A DNA stretch of 61,799 nt from Dehalococcoidia bacterium. GTDB lineage: Bacteria > Chloroflexota > Dehalococcoidia > Tepidiformales > Tepidiformaceae. This document shows, one piece after another, positions 9,509-18,895 of this stretch (the stretch's first letter is position 1; every line of letters begins with the position of its first letter). The notes beneath the pieces were generated by a model, which worked only from the letters and a program-made list of their open reading frames with translations, was not told where the DNA came from and did no database searches. Position numbers and translations under genes: made by a program. The stretch spans positions 1 through 61,799 of the forward strand of contig JAHDWR010000001.1 in the NCBI GenBank assembly GCA_023382755.1, read 5' to 3'.

Positions 9509-9579
9509 GTTCCATGGGCGTTCCAGGATCGGGGCCGAGGCGTTCCAACTTCGGCCCTTCTGTTCGAAATCCGCTCCAA
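9509..9579 (-). promoter_or_regulatory. Array A: five phased heptamers (GTTCCAA family on the + strand, TTGGAAC in the sense of the downstream minus-strand operon)
   Basis: GTTCCAT 9509, GTTCCAG 9520, GTTCCAA 9542, GTTCGAA 9562, GCTCCAA 9573. Offsets are 11/22/20/11. The proximal copy is 38 nt from the prgI-like ATG. Spacer sequences are unrelated. Confidence 0.7.
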
Positions 9580-10131
9580 TTGCTGCCAGGTCAGGGCGTT
9601 TCCGCATCTGTGTCGCGGAGGAATACCGCCCTCCACCAGGACCCGCCCGGTCCGTGGCTTATGGCGATCGAGGGAGACGACGGCACGGTTGCGATAGACG
9701 AGCCGGCCTGGCGGCATGCGGGTCGGGCCGCCGAGGAGCGCGGTGCAAAAGGGACGAACTCCTGTGAGCCGTAGACTCTGCTTATGAACCCCATCGCAGG
9801 ATCAATTGCTAGCGCAACCGCCTCCTTCGCCGGCAAGAAGGTGTCTGACTACCCGAGTTGCGGCCCGCCCTCGCGGCGGCCGATTTCCGAGCCACCTATG
9901 ATGGGTGGTCTTCGCGGCGCCTCGTGCCCCGCGCACTCTCGCGAGCGAGTCGACCGGAGCTTCACATTCGGAAGCACCGCCCGCGCTGCGTCGCCTTTTA
10001 ATGGACAGGAGACGGGTGAGGGGTGACTAACGCACGAGCGCCTGGGGCCAGGCCAACGTGGCAAGCTGAGCAGCGACGGTAATTCATCGGCGGTCTATGC
10101 TCCGCTCCCGAAGAGCACGGCCAACGTTCGT

Positions 10132-11928
10132 ATGTATCTATCACGAATTGAGATTCAGGGCTTCCGAGCCAGTGGCGAGGGGCCGATCACTTGCGAGTTC
10201 CCCGGCCGCTTCGCGGTGCTTGTCGGCGCGAACAACGCCGGGAAGACGACGGTGTGCGACGCGATTTACCTCGCCCATGTGCAGGGATTTCCCCGGTTGC
10301 CACGCCAAAGTGCCGACCTTCTCTCGGATCCCCCGAGGCTCATACAACTACAGTTCGAATTTGGTGGAGGTGGCACCGAAGGACCCCTCGGACAAGCGCT
10401 GCAGGCTGAGGCCCAAGCGGCTCCAAGGTGGTCGCGCAGGTTGGAGCGTTCCCTTGGCGGGGTCCGGGCAGCTGCCATTGAGAACGCCCTTCACGAGGCA
10501 GACACCCGTGTGTTGTACCTGCCTGCTCAGCGAGATCCCGTTGACGAGCTTGCACGGCGGGAGGCGGTTCTGCTCGTTGAACTGTTGCGCGCGGAGCAGG
10601 AGCGACAGCGTGGCCACCGCAACCTTGCCGATTTGCGGGGCCTGACGGAGCGGCTGCTCGCAGGGATGATCGATCACCACCTGATCCAGTCGGTGGAGCG
10701 CCGAGTGACCGACTACCTCAAGGCGCTCACCGGCGGCGTCAGTGCGCACCACGCCTTTATTGGGACGCAACACGTCAATGACGCGTTTCTTGCGCGGGTG
10801 CTCGAATTCCTCCTGGCTGCGCTCGATGAGAGGGCTCTAGCGCAGCGGCTCGAATTGTCCGGGCTCGGGTACGCGAACCTCCTTCACCTCGCCATCACGC
10901 TCTCGGCGATCCCCGGAGGGCGGGCCGTGCCCGCACCGCTGCCGGGTCCCGCCCCCGTGCCTCAAGACGACCAGGCTCGCGACCCAGGCGTGGTGGCGGA
11001 CGACCTAATGCAAGAGGCGCAGCAAGAGGCCGCCGCAGTGGAAGATGCATTCTTCCCGGAGAGGTTTCACGCGACGGTCGTGATTGAGGAACCTGAGGCC
11101 CATCTGCATCCGCAGCTGCAACACGGCTTAATGCGCTACTTGCGACGAATCGCAGCCGACCGGCCGGAGTTGCAGCTAATCATCAGCACGCATTCGGGCG
11201 AGATGATCGCGGCCTGTGCACCCAGCGAACTTGTCGTTCTCCGTCGGGCTCCTGACGGGCGCGTGGCCCGAGCGCTCGGTGCAATTCCCATCGAACCAGC
11301 CAGACGCGCGGGAGTCCTGCGAATGGCCGCGCTACATCTGGACGCCTCGCGCAACTCGTCGCTGTTTGCTTCAAGGCTCGTGCTCGTGGAGGGGGTCAGC
11401 GACTTGCTGGTGTTGCGCTTGTTAGGGCGTGCATGGGCCGAAGCCGACGAGCACAAGCGGCAGTTCGTCGATGCTCTGACAATCATCCCGTTGGGCAGCC
11501 GTGTCGGCCGCTGGGCGGTAGATCTGGTTGCCACGCCGGGCTACGAGCTAGTCGACCGGATTGCCGTGTTGAGAGACACCGACCAGAGGGACGGCGAGGC
11601 TCCTGCCGTTCCCGCTTGGCTCGATCAATTCGACGAAGCCACTGTCAGGTGTTTCCTCAATCACCCGACGCTGGAACCGGCAATCACGGCGGGCAACGAG
11701 GACGTGGTTAGAACGGCGCTGGACGCTGTGGGACTGCCGCTGGACGGCGCCGTGACGCCCGCAACGATCGATGCCCTCTTCACCGGGGCTGCGCGACGCC
11801 GAAAGGGTGAGTTTGCTTACGCTTTGGCAATGGGCCTGGAGGATGCGATTCAGGAGCAGCGATGGCCTTTAGTACCCCAGCACATGAGTGAGCTGTTCGC
11901 TTTCCTGTTCGACGAAGAAGGCCGTTAG
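10132..11928 (+). CDS. gajA: Gabija GajA-like OLD-family ATPase with Toprim nuclease
   Basis: [12 protein letters not shown]..., Walker [27 protein letters not shown], Toprim [16 protein letters not shown] and [11 protein letters not shown]. Size 598 aa, directly followed by a UvrD-like gene. Confidence 0.8.
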   Translation: MYLSRIEIQGFRASGEGPITCEFPGRFAVLVGANNAGKTTVCDAIYLAHVQGFPRLPRQSADLLSDPPRLIQLQFEFGGGGTEGPLGQALQAEAQAAPRWSRRLERSLGGVRAAAIENALHEADTRVLYLPAQRDPVDELARREAVLLVELLRAEQERQRGHRNLADLRGLTERLLAGMIDHHLIQSVERRVTDYLKALTGGVSAHHAFIGTQHVNDAFLARVLEFLLAALDERALAQRLELSGLGYANLLHLAITLSAIPGGRAVPAPLPGPAPVPQDDQARDPGVVADDLMQEAQQEAAAVEDAFFPERFHATVVIEEPEAHLHPQLQHGLMRYLRRIAADRPELQLIISTHSGEMIAACAPSELVVLRRAPDGRVARALGAIPIEPARRAGVLRMAALHLDASRNSSLFASRLVLVEGVSDLLVLRLLGRAWAEADEHKRQFVDALTIIPLGSRVGRWAVDLVATPGYELVDRIAVLRDTDQRDGEAPAVPAWLDQFDEATVRCFLNHPTLEPAITAGNEDVVRTALDAVGLPLDGAVTPATIDALFTGAARRRKGEFAYALAMGLEDAIQEQRWPLVPQHMSELFAFLFDEEGR

Positions 11929-11940
11929 GCTGGAACGAGC

Positions 11941-13428
11941 ATGTCATCGTTCACGCTCACGCAGGAACAGATAAGCGCAGCGACAAACGAGGCGCGGTAT
12001 GGATTCATCGAGGCTTCGCCCGGCTCCGGCAAGACGACCGTCGCGGCACACCGGTTCGGCGTCATGCGATTCTCCGGACGTGCGACTGAACGCTCAGCCA
12101 CCGCGATTAGCTTCACTCGGTCGGCCACCGCGGAGCTAGCGCTGAAGGTCACTAACCGGTGGGGGCGGGGGGCGACAGCTTGGCCCAGCCGCGTAACCAC
12201 GATCGACGGGCTGATCTTGGAGCTGATCCAGCACTTGCTCCGCAAGCGCGTGATCAGGTGGCCGTCAGACCATGTCGAGCTGCGGGTCCTGGATGAGTGG
12301 CGAGGGCACGCCGGTTATCGTTGGCTTGCCGCCGGGAGCTTCCATCGAGTCGCCACGATCAACGCCGATGGGGAAGTGACGTCTATCGGCCGTCGGGTTG
12401 GGCAGCCTGGGCTCGGCATCGGTAACGCGGCCCAATTCGAGGCCCTGCTCGAGAAGGGCCTATGTACGCACGGGGATCTGCGAGACGTGCTCGCAGCAGC
12501 GTTGCGCCGGCCGGAGATAGTCGAGGCTGCGAGCGGATTTCTCGCAGCCGCTCGGCACCTCGTGGTCGATGAGGTGTTCGATGCCAATGAGCTCGATCTT
12601 CAGTTGGTCGAGATCGCAGCCGCGATCGGAGCAGGCGTGACGCTCATTGGCGATCCTTGGCAGGCGCTCTACGGCTTCCGCGGTGCCAGGCCTGATCTAG
12701 TGGGTGAGGTTCTTGACCGCCTCGGCTTCAGAACGCTCCCTTTGACTCAGTCGTTTCGGTTCAAGACGGAGAAAATGCGGGCCCTCTCTTCGGCGCTTCG
12801 CACTGGGGCGGGCGTGGGGCTGGATTCGATCGACAGCTACGATGTTGTCTTGGCGCACAGGTGGCAGGAACTCTGGAACGGCCCGGCCGGGACGCTGCCA
12901 CTTTCGTTCGGAGCGATCCGCAATCAAACAGACGCGGCCACGATCATCCTGCTCGATCAGCTGACCTGGGCAACCTTCGGGCGGCGCGCGATATTCCTGA
13001 ACGAGGCGCTCATTCTACTCGGTCTTGACCTACCACTCTACACTCGAGAGGGAGGGCGAGCATTGGCCGCCGTGATGGAGGCTCTTCCGCGCGGGGATGA
13101 GGATGCCGCTCGACGAACCTTGAACCAACTTCGAGACGCGATACGGAGTCTCGGAGTGCGGCGACCTCGGGCGCTGGCCGCGGACGCGGAGGAAGAGCAG
13201 GCGGATCGACTCCGCATGCTCGCCGCTCGTTCAAGATGGGACGGTCGCCTTGTTCCGGGTCTGACGATTCACCAGGCCAAGGGGCGCGAATGGGACAACG
13301 TTGGGCTCCTCTTACCTGCAACGGACCTTGTTCGTTTGGGCGAGGGTCTAAATGAAGCAGAGGAAGCCGCTAGGACGCTGTACGTGGCGCTGACACGTGC
13401 ACGATTCGACGTCGGGCTTGTGGCGTGA
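11941..13428 (+). CDS. gajB: Gabija GajB-like UvrD-family helicase
   Basis: IEASPGSGKTTVAAHRF (Walker A), LVVDEVFDAN, LIGDPWQALYGFRGA, TIHQAKGREWDNV, LYVALTRAR. Size 495 aa. Confidence 0.8.
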   Translation: MSSFTLTQEQISAATNEARYGFIEASPGSGKTTVAAHRFGVMRFSGRATERSATAISFTRSATAELALKVTNRWGRGATAWPSRVTTIDGLILELIQHLLRKRVIRWPSDHVELRVLDEWRGHAGYRWLAAGSFHRVATINADGEVTSIGRRVGQPGLGIGNAAQFEALLEKGLCTHGDLRDVLAAALRRPEIVEAASGFLAAARHLVVDEVFDANELDLQLVEIAAAIGAGVTLIGDPWQALYGFRGARPDLVGEVLDRLGFRTLPLTQSFRFKTEKMRALSSALRTGAGVGLDSIDSYDVVLAHRWQELWNGPAGTLPLSFGAIRNQTDAATIILLDQLTWATFGRRAIFLNEALILLGLDLPLYTREGGRALAAVMEALPRGDEDAARRTLNQLRDAIRSLGVRRPRALAADAEEEQADRLRMLAARSRWDGRLVPGLTIHQAKGREWDNVGLLLPATDLVRLGEGLNEAEEAARTLYVALTRARFDVGLVA

Positions 13429-13529
13429 GCCCAGAGGCCGGGCTGCCGGGCACGCCTTGCGCCGCATGATCGGCGTTGAACAAACGTCAGCATGTCGTTG
13501 GGGCTCCCGAAGTCCGTGGCGACGGGTCG

Positions 13530-13612
13530 TTGGAACGAAACGAGAGCGAAATTGGAACAGACACCCCCCAGATTGGAATAGCCCCCTCCGAATCCTGGAA
13601 CGCTGAAGGAAC
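13530..13612 (+). promoter_or_regulatory. Array C: five phased heptamers (TTGGAAC family, sense orientation) upstream of the T4SS mating-channel operon
   Basis: TTGGAAC 13530, TTGGAAC 13552, TTGGAAT 13573, CTGGAAC 13595, AAGGAAC 13606. Offsets are 22/21/22/11. The array ends 51 nt before the ATG at 13663. Confidence 0.7.
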
Positions 13613-13662
13613 GCCAATTCGCAGTCTGACTCATCACGGCCTCCTGGCCGCTGGAGTCAGAT

Positions 13663-14895
13663 ATGCGCATCTTCGCCCTCACCGTACTTGCACTGGGATT
13701 GGCCGGCGCACTGGTGGTTGGAGCAGCCTCCGCCAGCGCGCAGGAGGCCGACGACACGCTGGACGAGCTGTCGTCGGCCGGCATCCCTCTCCTCAACAGC
13801 CCGCCTGCGCCAACCCCGCAACAGGTCCCGCCCGGCCAGCCTGGCCCGGAAGGTCAGCCGCCGCCGGATACGCTGGTCGACCTCCCGATCCCCGACCCGA
13901 CGGACTTGATCCCCAACCCCCTGGACTGGCTGCCCGGCAGCCTCAACCCCGTGAACTGGGCGAAGGACATCGTCAACGCGGTGTTCACGCTCATCGGCCA
14001 GGCGATGCTGGAGGCGATCCGCGGGTTCGTCGACTGGGCGCTGGGCATGGGAGGCTCATCGCTCAACTTCGTCACGCGCACCCCTGCCGAAGGCACCTAC
14101 GATAGCCCGACCGTCCGCAGCCTCTACGACTTCTCCCGCGCCATCGTGAACGCCGCGCTTGCGGTCGTCGTCATGTGGGGCGGCTTCAACGTCATCATTA
14201 AGGAGCACACCAGGTCGCCCTACCACGAGGCGATGGAGCTGCTTCCGCGCGTCATCCTCGCAGCGCTCGCCGCCAACCTGACGCTCGAGTTCGCGCGGAT
14301 GCTGATCGACATCAACAACGCCCTCGCCGCCGGCGTTGGCGACGTCGGCCTCCCCGGGTACGACCAGGCCACACCCTCGCAGGAGGGCCTGGCACTCATC
14401 TTCACCGCCGTCGCCTACGGCATCGTGGCGATCCTCCTGGTCTTCCAGATGCTGATGCGCCTCGCCCTGCTGGCGATGCTCATCGTCCTTGGGCCAATTG
14501 CCGCGCTGCTCTGGGTGCTGCCACAGACCCAGCAGTGGACGCGCTGGTGGACCGACCTCTTCGTGATCACCGTCTTCCAGCAGACAGTCCAGGTCATGGT
14601 CCTGGCGCTCGGCACTGCGCTGATGGTCGAGCTGACCCCCGGCAGTGTCTCCAACGCCCTTCTGACGATGCTGCTCGGTCTGGCGGTTTGCTGGCTGACC
14701 CTCAAGGTCCCCTCGCTCCTGCGCTCGGCCCGCAGCCAGGCCGGCATCACCAACGTCCTCACCTTCGCGATGGCCACCCACGCGCTTGGCGCGATGGCGG
14801 GAGCGGGTCGCGCTAGCGCTGCGGCGGGCGGCGCCGGGGCCGCTGGTGCCGGTGGTGGCGGGGCTGCTCCGCGGCCAGCAGCGGGAAGGGCCTAG
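13663..14895 (+). CDS. VirB6/TrbL-like polytopic membrane protein with a signal peptide, a Pro-rich segment and a Gly/Ala-rich tail
   Basis: Signal peptide MRIFALTVLALGLAGALVVGAASASA, then at least 6 hydrophobic helices (for example ALIFTAVAYGIVAILLVFQMLMRLALLAMLIVLGPIAALLWVL). Position next to the hydrolase and pilin genes. Confidence 0.6.
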   Translation: MRIFALTVLALGLAGALVVGAASASAQEADDTLDELSSAGIPLLNSPPAPTPQQVPPGQPGPEGQPPPDTLVDLPIPDPTDLIPNPLDWLPGSLNPVNWAKDIVNAVFTLIGQAMLEAIRGFVDWALGMGGSSLNFVTRTPAEGTYDSPTVRSLYDFSRAIVNAALAVVVMWGGFNVIIKEHTRSPYHEAMELLPRVILAALAANLTLEFARMLIDINNALAAGVGDVGLPGYDQATPSQEGLALIFTAVAYGIVAILLVFQMLMRLALLAMLIVLGPIAALLWVLPQTQQWTRWWTDLFVITVFQQTVQVMVLALGTALMVELTPGSVSNALLTMLLGLAVCWLTLKVPSLLRSARSQAGITNVLTFAMATHALGAMAGAGRASAAAGGAGAAGAGGGGAAPRPAAGRA

Positions 14896-14904
14896 GAGGA
14901 CGCC

Positions 14905-15840
14905 GTGAACACGAACCCACCCACCGGCGACATCTTCGGCAGCGTCGGTAGCGAGGGACTCAAAGTCGCGGGCGTTATCGGCGTCGTCATGCTCGCACCG
15001 ATGCTCTTCGTCATGTCCGCGCTTGGCGGCACTCCGGGCATCGCCCAGTCTCCAGCTTCCGCCGCGGCCCTCGCCGAGATTCCCGCCGACCACCTGGCCG
15101 TGATGCAACAGGTGGCTGCTGCGACGGGCATCCCCTGGCAGGTGCTCGCCGCCATCGCCAAGGTCGAATCGGGCTTCGGCGCGAACATGGGCCCGAGCTC
15201 GGCCGGCGCCCTTGGCTACTGCCAGTTCATGCCCGCGACCTGGGCCTACTACGGAGTCGACGGCGACCGCGACGGCGTGGCCGACCCCTTCAACTACCAC
15301 GACTGCCTACCCGCCGCTGCGCAGCTCCTGCTCGGCAGCGGAGCGCCCGGTGACCTCCGGCGTGCGCTCTACGCGTACAACCACTCCTGGTCCTACGTGG
15401 ACCACATCCTCAGCATCGCCACCAGTTACGGCTACCTCGACCGGGCGGGCATCCCAGCGCAGGCGGTCGCCCTGGCGCGATCCCGGCTCGGGTTGCCCTA
15501 CGTGTGGGGCGCGGCGGGGCCGGAGAGCTTCGACTGTAGCGGGCTCACCCAGTGGATCTACGCCCAGCTCGGCATCCCCCTGCCGCGCACGTCGCAAGCA
15601 CAGTTCAACGTGACGATGCCCGTCGCGCTGGAGTTCCTCCAGCCGGGCGACCTCCTCTTCTACGAGAACACCTACCCCTCCCACGAACGCATCACCCACG
15701 TCGGCATCTACGCCGGAAACGGCGTCGTGATCATGGCCACACAGCCCGGCGAGTTCGTGAAAGAGGTGTCGCTGGACAACGACTACTGGAGTCGCCACTT
15801 CGCCGGCGCCGCCCGCCCCGTGAAAGGACCGCAGGCATGA
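14905..15840 (+). CDS. Bifunctional cell-wall hydrolase: lytic transglycosylase (SLT) plus NlpC/P60 endopeptidase (VirB1/TcpG/PrgK analogue)
   Basis: SLT block LAAIAKVESGFGANMGPSSAGALGYCQFMPATW. NlpC/P60 block GLPYVWGAAGPESFDCSGLTQWIY...ITHVGIYAGNGVVI. GTG start at 14905 preceded by AGGAGGA. Confidence 0.85.
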   Translation: MNTNPPTGDIFGSVGSEGLKVAGVIGVVMLAPMLFVMSALGGTPGIAQSPASAAALAEIPADHLAVMQQVAAATGIPWQVLAAIAKVESGFGANMGPSSAGALGYCQFMPATWAYYGVDGDRDGVADPFNYHDCLPAAAQLLLGSGAPGDLRRALYAYNHSWSYVDHILSIATSYGYLDRAGIPAQAVALARSRLGLPYVWGAAGPESFDCSGLTQWIYAQLGIPLPRTSQAQFNVTMPVALEFLQPGDLLFYENTYPSHERITHVGIYAGNGVVIMATQPGEFVKEVSLDNDYWSRHFAGAARPVKGPQA

Positions 15841-16355
15841 GCGGCGGACGTGGCGTGATGGTCATCCTCGGCGGGCTCGCCGCCACCCTGCTGGTGATCG
15901 CCATCGTGAGTGGCTGGCAGGGCGCGAACCGTCTGCGTGGCCAGGGCGAGGATATGGGCGAGGTGGAAGAAGCGGCCCGGCTCTTCGTCGAGGCCTACGG
16001 GACCTTCGACTTTCGCGAGCCGGCTGCTTACCGCGAGCGTCTGCTGAGCCTCACCACCGGCGACGTACACGACGCGGTCGCCGCCTCACAGGTCGATCCC
16101 AACGCTCTCGGCCAGCAGCAGACCATGGTGACCGGAACGGTCACGATCCAGGTCACGGCCTACTCGGACACCGAGGCGACCGTGTCAGCGACCACCGAAC
16201 AGACCCGCCGCGCCGTCGACGCCACAACCGGTCAGCTGCGTGAGCAGCGGCTCCGCCAGCACGTGACCTGCCGGCTGCTTCGCATCGACGGCCGCTGGCT
16301 CGTGGCCGAGTTCCGGCTGCGGTCGGAAGAACCCCTTGAGAACACCGGCAGATAG
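15837..16355 (+). CDS. Membrane-anchored protein with a single N-terminal TM and a putative NTF2-like domain; possible VirB8 analogue
   Basis: MSGGRGVMVILGGLAATLLVIAIVSGW, then a soluble domain ending ...LLRIDGRWLVAEFRL. The ATG at 15837 overlaps the hydrolase stop (ATGA). The fold assignment is inference only. Confidence 0.45.
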   Translation: MSGGRGVMVILGGLAATLLVIAIVSGWQGANRLRGQGEDMGEVEEAARLFVEAYGTFDFREPAAYRERLLSLTTGDVHDAVAASQVDPNALGQQQTMVTGTVTIQVTAYSDTEATVSATTEQTRRAVDATTGQLREQRLRQHVTCRLLRIDGRWLVAEFRLRSEEPLENTGR

Positions 16356-16364
16356 GAGGCCGAC

Positions 16365-16601
16365 GTGATGGAACAGATCAACACCCTCTTTGAGAACCTG
16401 CTCAACATTGGCATGGGCGTCGGCGCCGCCGTGGCCGCGTTCTTCGTGATGTGGGGCGCATTCCTGTACATGAGCGCTGCCGGCAGCCCTCACCAGATGG
16501 AGCGCGGTAAGTCGGCGATCGTCAACGCCCTGGTCGGATTCTCCATCGTCCTGATGGCGAGGGTGATTGCGGGGATGATCCAGGATTCGATCGGGGCGTA
16601 G
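16365..16601 (+). CDS. TrbC/VirB2-like T4SS pilin
   Basis: 78 aa with two hydrophobic helices separated by a short polar loop: GMGVGAAVAAFFVMWGAFLYMSAAGSPHQMERGKSAIVNALVGFSIVLMARVIAGMI. AGGAGG lies upstream. Confidence 0.7.
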   Translation: MMEQINTLFENLLNIGMGVGAAVAAFFVMWGAFLYMSAAGSPHQMERGKSAIVNALVGFSIVLMARVIAGMIQDSIGA

Positions 16602-16980
16602 ATGTCCCGCCGGTGACCGAAACCGCTGGCAGGGTTGAGTGTAGAATGTCGGCTCGGTCATTCGCTGTCTGCGGCTCGAATCGAGCGTTGCCTCCCGACA
16701 TCGGAGTGCGTGCAAGGCTGGGTCATGAGGGGCGAACCGGAGCGAAGCTGAGACCGCCCCAGCTCTCGGGGTTGGCGGTACGCCCGCATCGAACCGTCAC
16801 TGAGACCGTGATTGGCCAAGCGGGCGCTATGAGCAAAGGATCGAGCGGGCTGGAGCACCGGCAGGAGATTCCATGGCCGGCCACTGCCTCGCCTACGAAT
16901 CTTCCCCAGCTCGCGCGCCAAGACTATCCAGTCTGGACCGGCGGGGTCGGAGACTACACACCCGGAGTCAACAATTCGAG

Positions 16981-18354
16981 CTATGAGGCCTCGGTCCAGC
17001 CAGGGTTGAACGGTGCTTCGGCCCCGACTCGCACGGCCTGGCGGTGCTCCAAGGCCCGTAGGGTGGCGTCGATGACTTCATAGCGTTGTTCACCCAGCAC
17101 CATTCGAAGCAATTCGGCGACGACGATCGCAGCGGTGGCCGCGCCGACGAACGGTGCGCCGACCGTGCGGCCCGCAAGCGTTGTCAGCCCACACTCGTCG
17201 AGCCCTTCGACGGCGAGAGCGCGGTACGCCGGGCGCTCCACTAGCGACTCTGCTGAGACGGCGCTCCCGCCGCGGCCCCACAAGGACCGCGCCGAGCGCG
17301 TGGCCGGAAAGGTATGGACCTGGAATGCGAGATACTCCTGCGTGCCTGTGCCGAGCCCCGCCTCGATCACGCGTTCGAAGCCGACGTCCTCGAGCGCGGC
17401 CCGCGCCAGCGCGTTGTCAACGCCGCACAATGCCACGTTCGGCTCCTCGATGGACACCTTGAAGTCGGCCGCGAATCGGCGTTCGACGATGGTCGTGCGG
17501 AAGCCGCGGGCGTCGCACCAGCGGGCCATCGCCCGCGTTTTTTTCTCGGCCGGGAGCGCACGAGTGGTGAGCAGCGAGGTGCTGTCGTTCGCCTCGACCA
17601 GAGTGTCGTAGTCGTGGAGCACCAGCTCGACATCATCTGGCTTTGCGTATGGCAACAGGCCGAGCACCCAGAGGAACGCCTGTCCAAGGTGCCCCAGACC
17701 GATCAGCCAGGCGCGCGTCGGCAACCGCGTCAGCAGCGGGCCGCACTCGGCGCCCTCGAGCCAGTCCACTTCTCGCTCGGGCCGCCACAACGACAGCCCC
17801 ACCGGTCGGCGGCCGGCGGCGGCATTGCCGCCCCGCATGTGCTGAAAGGCCTCGGACACGCCGAGCGCCCCGGCCAGCACGCCGGCCGGCACGCATTCCT
17901 GCCGCTCCGCCAGCCGGCGCCCGTCGTCGAGTGGCACCACGCCCCCTGTCCAGCCCTGGAATGTCGCCCGCATCACGAACGCCCCAGCGCTACCCACGTC
18001 CCCATCGCCGAAGACGATGCGCGGGATCTCCGGGTCGAGCGCCGGCGAGATCTTGCCATACAAGTCGACCACGGCCTCGGCCAGCGTGCGGCAGTTGCGC
18101 CAAGGGACGCGCAGAGGCACGTCGAGCGAGCCGACGACCGACACACCACCCAAGAAGCCGCGACGGCTGGCGTTGAGGGCGGTTAGCACCGCCGCCTGGA
18201 GCGTGGGCGAGGCGGCGGCGTCGGGCCCCACGGCGAGGCCAAGGCGGTAGCCGGCGAACAGCCGCTCTGCATCCTGGATCGTTGCTGCCTCGCCCGTATC
18301 GAGCGCGAGCTTGACCAGCCTGTGCAGCTGGTCAGGTCGGATGATTTCGCCCAT
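16981..18354 (-). CDS. bilD: E1-like (ThiF/MoeB-type) ubiquitin-activating enzyme homologue, BilD-like
   Basis: Rossmann GxGxxG AWLIGLGHLGQAFLWVLGLL, and VALCGVDNALARAALED. Last gene of a Ubl-E2-JAB-E1 operon. Confidence 0.7.
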   Translation of the reverse strand: MGEIIRPDQLHRLVKLALDTGEAATIQDAERLFAGYRLGLAVGPDAAASPTLQAAVLTALNASRRGFLGGVSVVGSLDVPLRVPWRNCRTLAEAVVDLYGKISPALDPEIPRIVFGDGDVGSAGAFVMRATFQGWTGGVVPLDDGRRLAERQECVPAGVLAGALGVSEAFQHMRGGNAAAGRRPVGLSLWRPEREVDWLEGAECGPLLTRLPTRAWLIGLGHLGQAFLWVLGLLPYAKPDDVELVLHDYDTLVEANDSTSLLTTRALPAEKKTRAMARWCDARGFRTTIVERRFAADFKVSIEEPNVALCGVDNALARAALEDVGFERVIEAGLGTGTQEYLAFQVHTFPATRSARSLWGRGGSAVSAESLVERPAYRALAVEGLDECGLTTLAGRTVGAPFVGAATAAIVVAELLRMVLGEQRYEVIDATLRALEHRQAVRVGAEAPFNPGWTEAS

Positions 18355-18367
18355 CGTTGTCCTCGTA

Positions 18368-18895
18368 CTATCCCCACAGCCCCACGTAGAAGAAGCGCCC
18401 GGCGCGAGGGCCGCTGTGGTCGCGCCACTGGTGCTGGCCGAGATACTGGTAGACGCCCAAGCCCGCCGGCGTGATGGCGCGCTGCGCGAGGTCGGGCACG
18501 ATCAGTGCGACATGTCCGGCCTGGGCGACCATCGGGTTTTCTCGGTCGAGGTGGCTCTGTCGCGCCGGGCCGCGCCCCCCGTGGGTGTGCACATCGGCCA
18601 CGACCCGCAGTTCGGCCTCACGGCAGAGCGCCCAGAGCGGGCCGAAGCCCGCGCCGTCGAAGACGATGATGCCGGTGTCCAGGCAGAGCGGGTCCAGCTC
18701 GTCGAAGTAGACGAAACGCACGACGCGCCGGCGCTGGCCATCCTGACGGCCGAGCAGGAAGGCCCCGCTCTCGTGGCGGCCCTCTCCGCGACGGGCCAGC
18801 TCGGCCAGGCCGTCCCGCCAGAGCGCGGTCGGGCAGCTTAGGCGGTGCTCAGGCGCCGCGAGGGCCCGAATAGTCGCTCGAAGTGAGAAGGTCAT
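18368..18895 (-). CDS. bilC: JAB/MPN (JAMM) metallopeptidase, BilC-like
   Basis: ESGAFLLGRQ (Glu motif) and VADVHTHGGRGPARQSHLD (H-x-H...S-x-x-D). ATG at 18895; overlaps the E2 3' end by 47 nt. Confidence 0.75.
   Translation of the reverse strand: MTFSLRATIRALAAPEHRLSCPTALWRDGLAELARRGEGRHESGAFLLGRQDGQRRRVVRFVYFDELDPLCLDTGIIVFDGAGFGPLWALCREAELRVVADVHTHGGRGPARQSHLDRENPMVAQAGHVALIVPDLAQRAITPAGLGVYQYLGQHQWRDHSGPRAGRFFYVGLWG

Larger units (their letters stand above)
1..16601. mobile_element. Backbone of an integrative-conjugative element (recombination, DNA-processing and monoderm-type T4SS genes). The left end is outside the window and the right end is undefined, so cargo may extend much further right
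   Basis: Co-occurrence of int, xis, replication-relaxation, coupling-protein-like ATPase, primase, VirB4, PrgI/VirB3-like, VirB6-like, cell-wall hydrolase and VirB2-like pilin genes. No att sites can be identified with only one end region in view. Confidence 0.7.

Noticed and set aside
9509-13612. Reading the TTGGAAC heptamers as ECF-sigma -35 boxes (GGAAC) for the sigma-like protein at 24078-25019
   Set aside because: No CGT-type -10 element lies 16-17 nt downstream of the proximal heptamers in any of the three arrays, and tandem phased copies are not a promoter-box pattern. This remains a weaker alternative to be tested.
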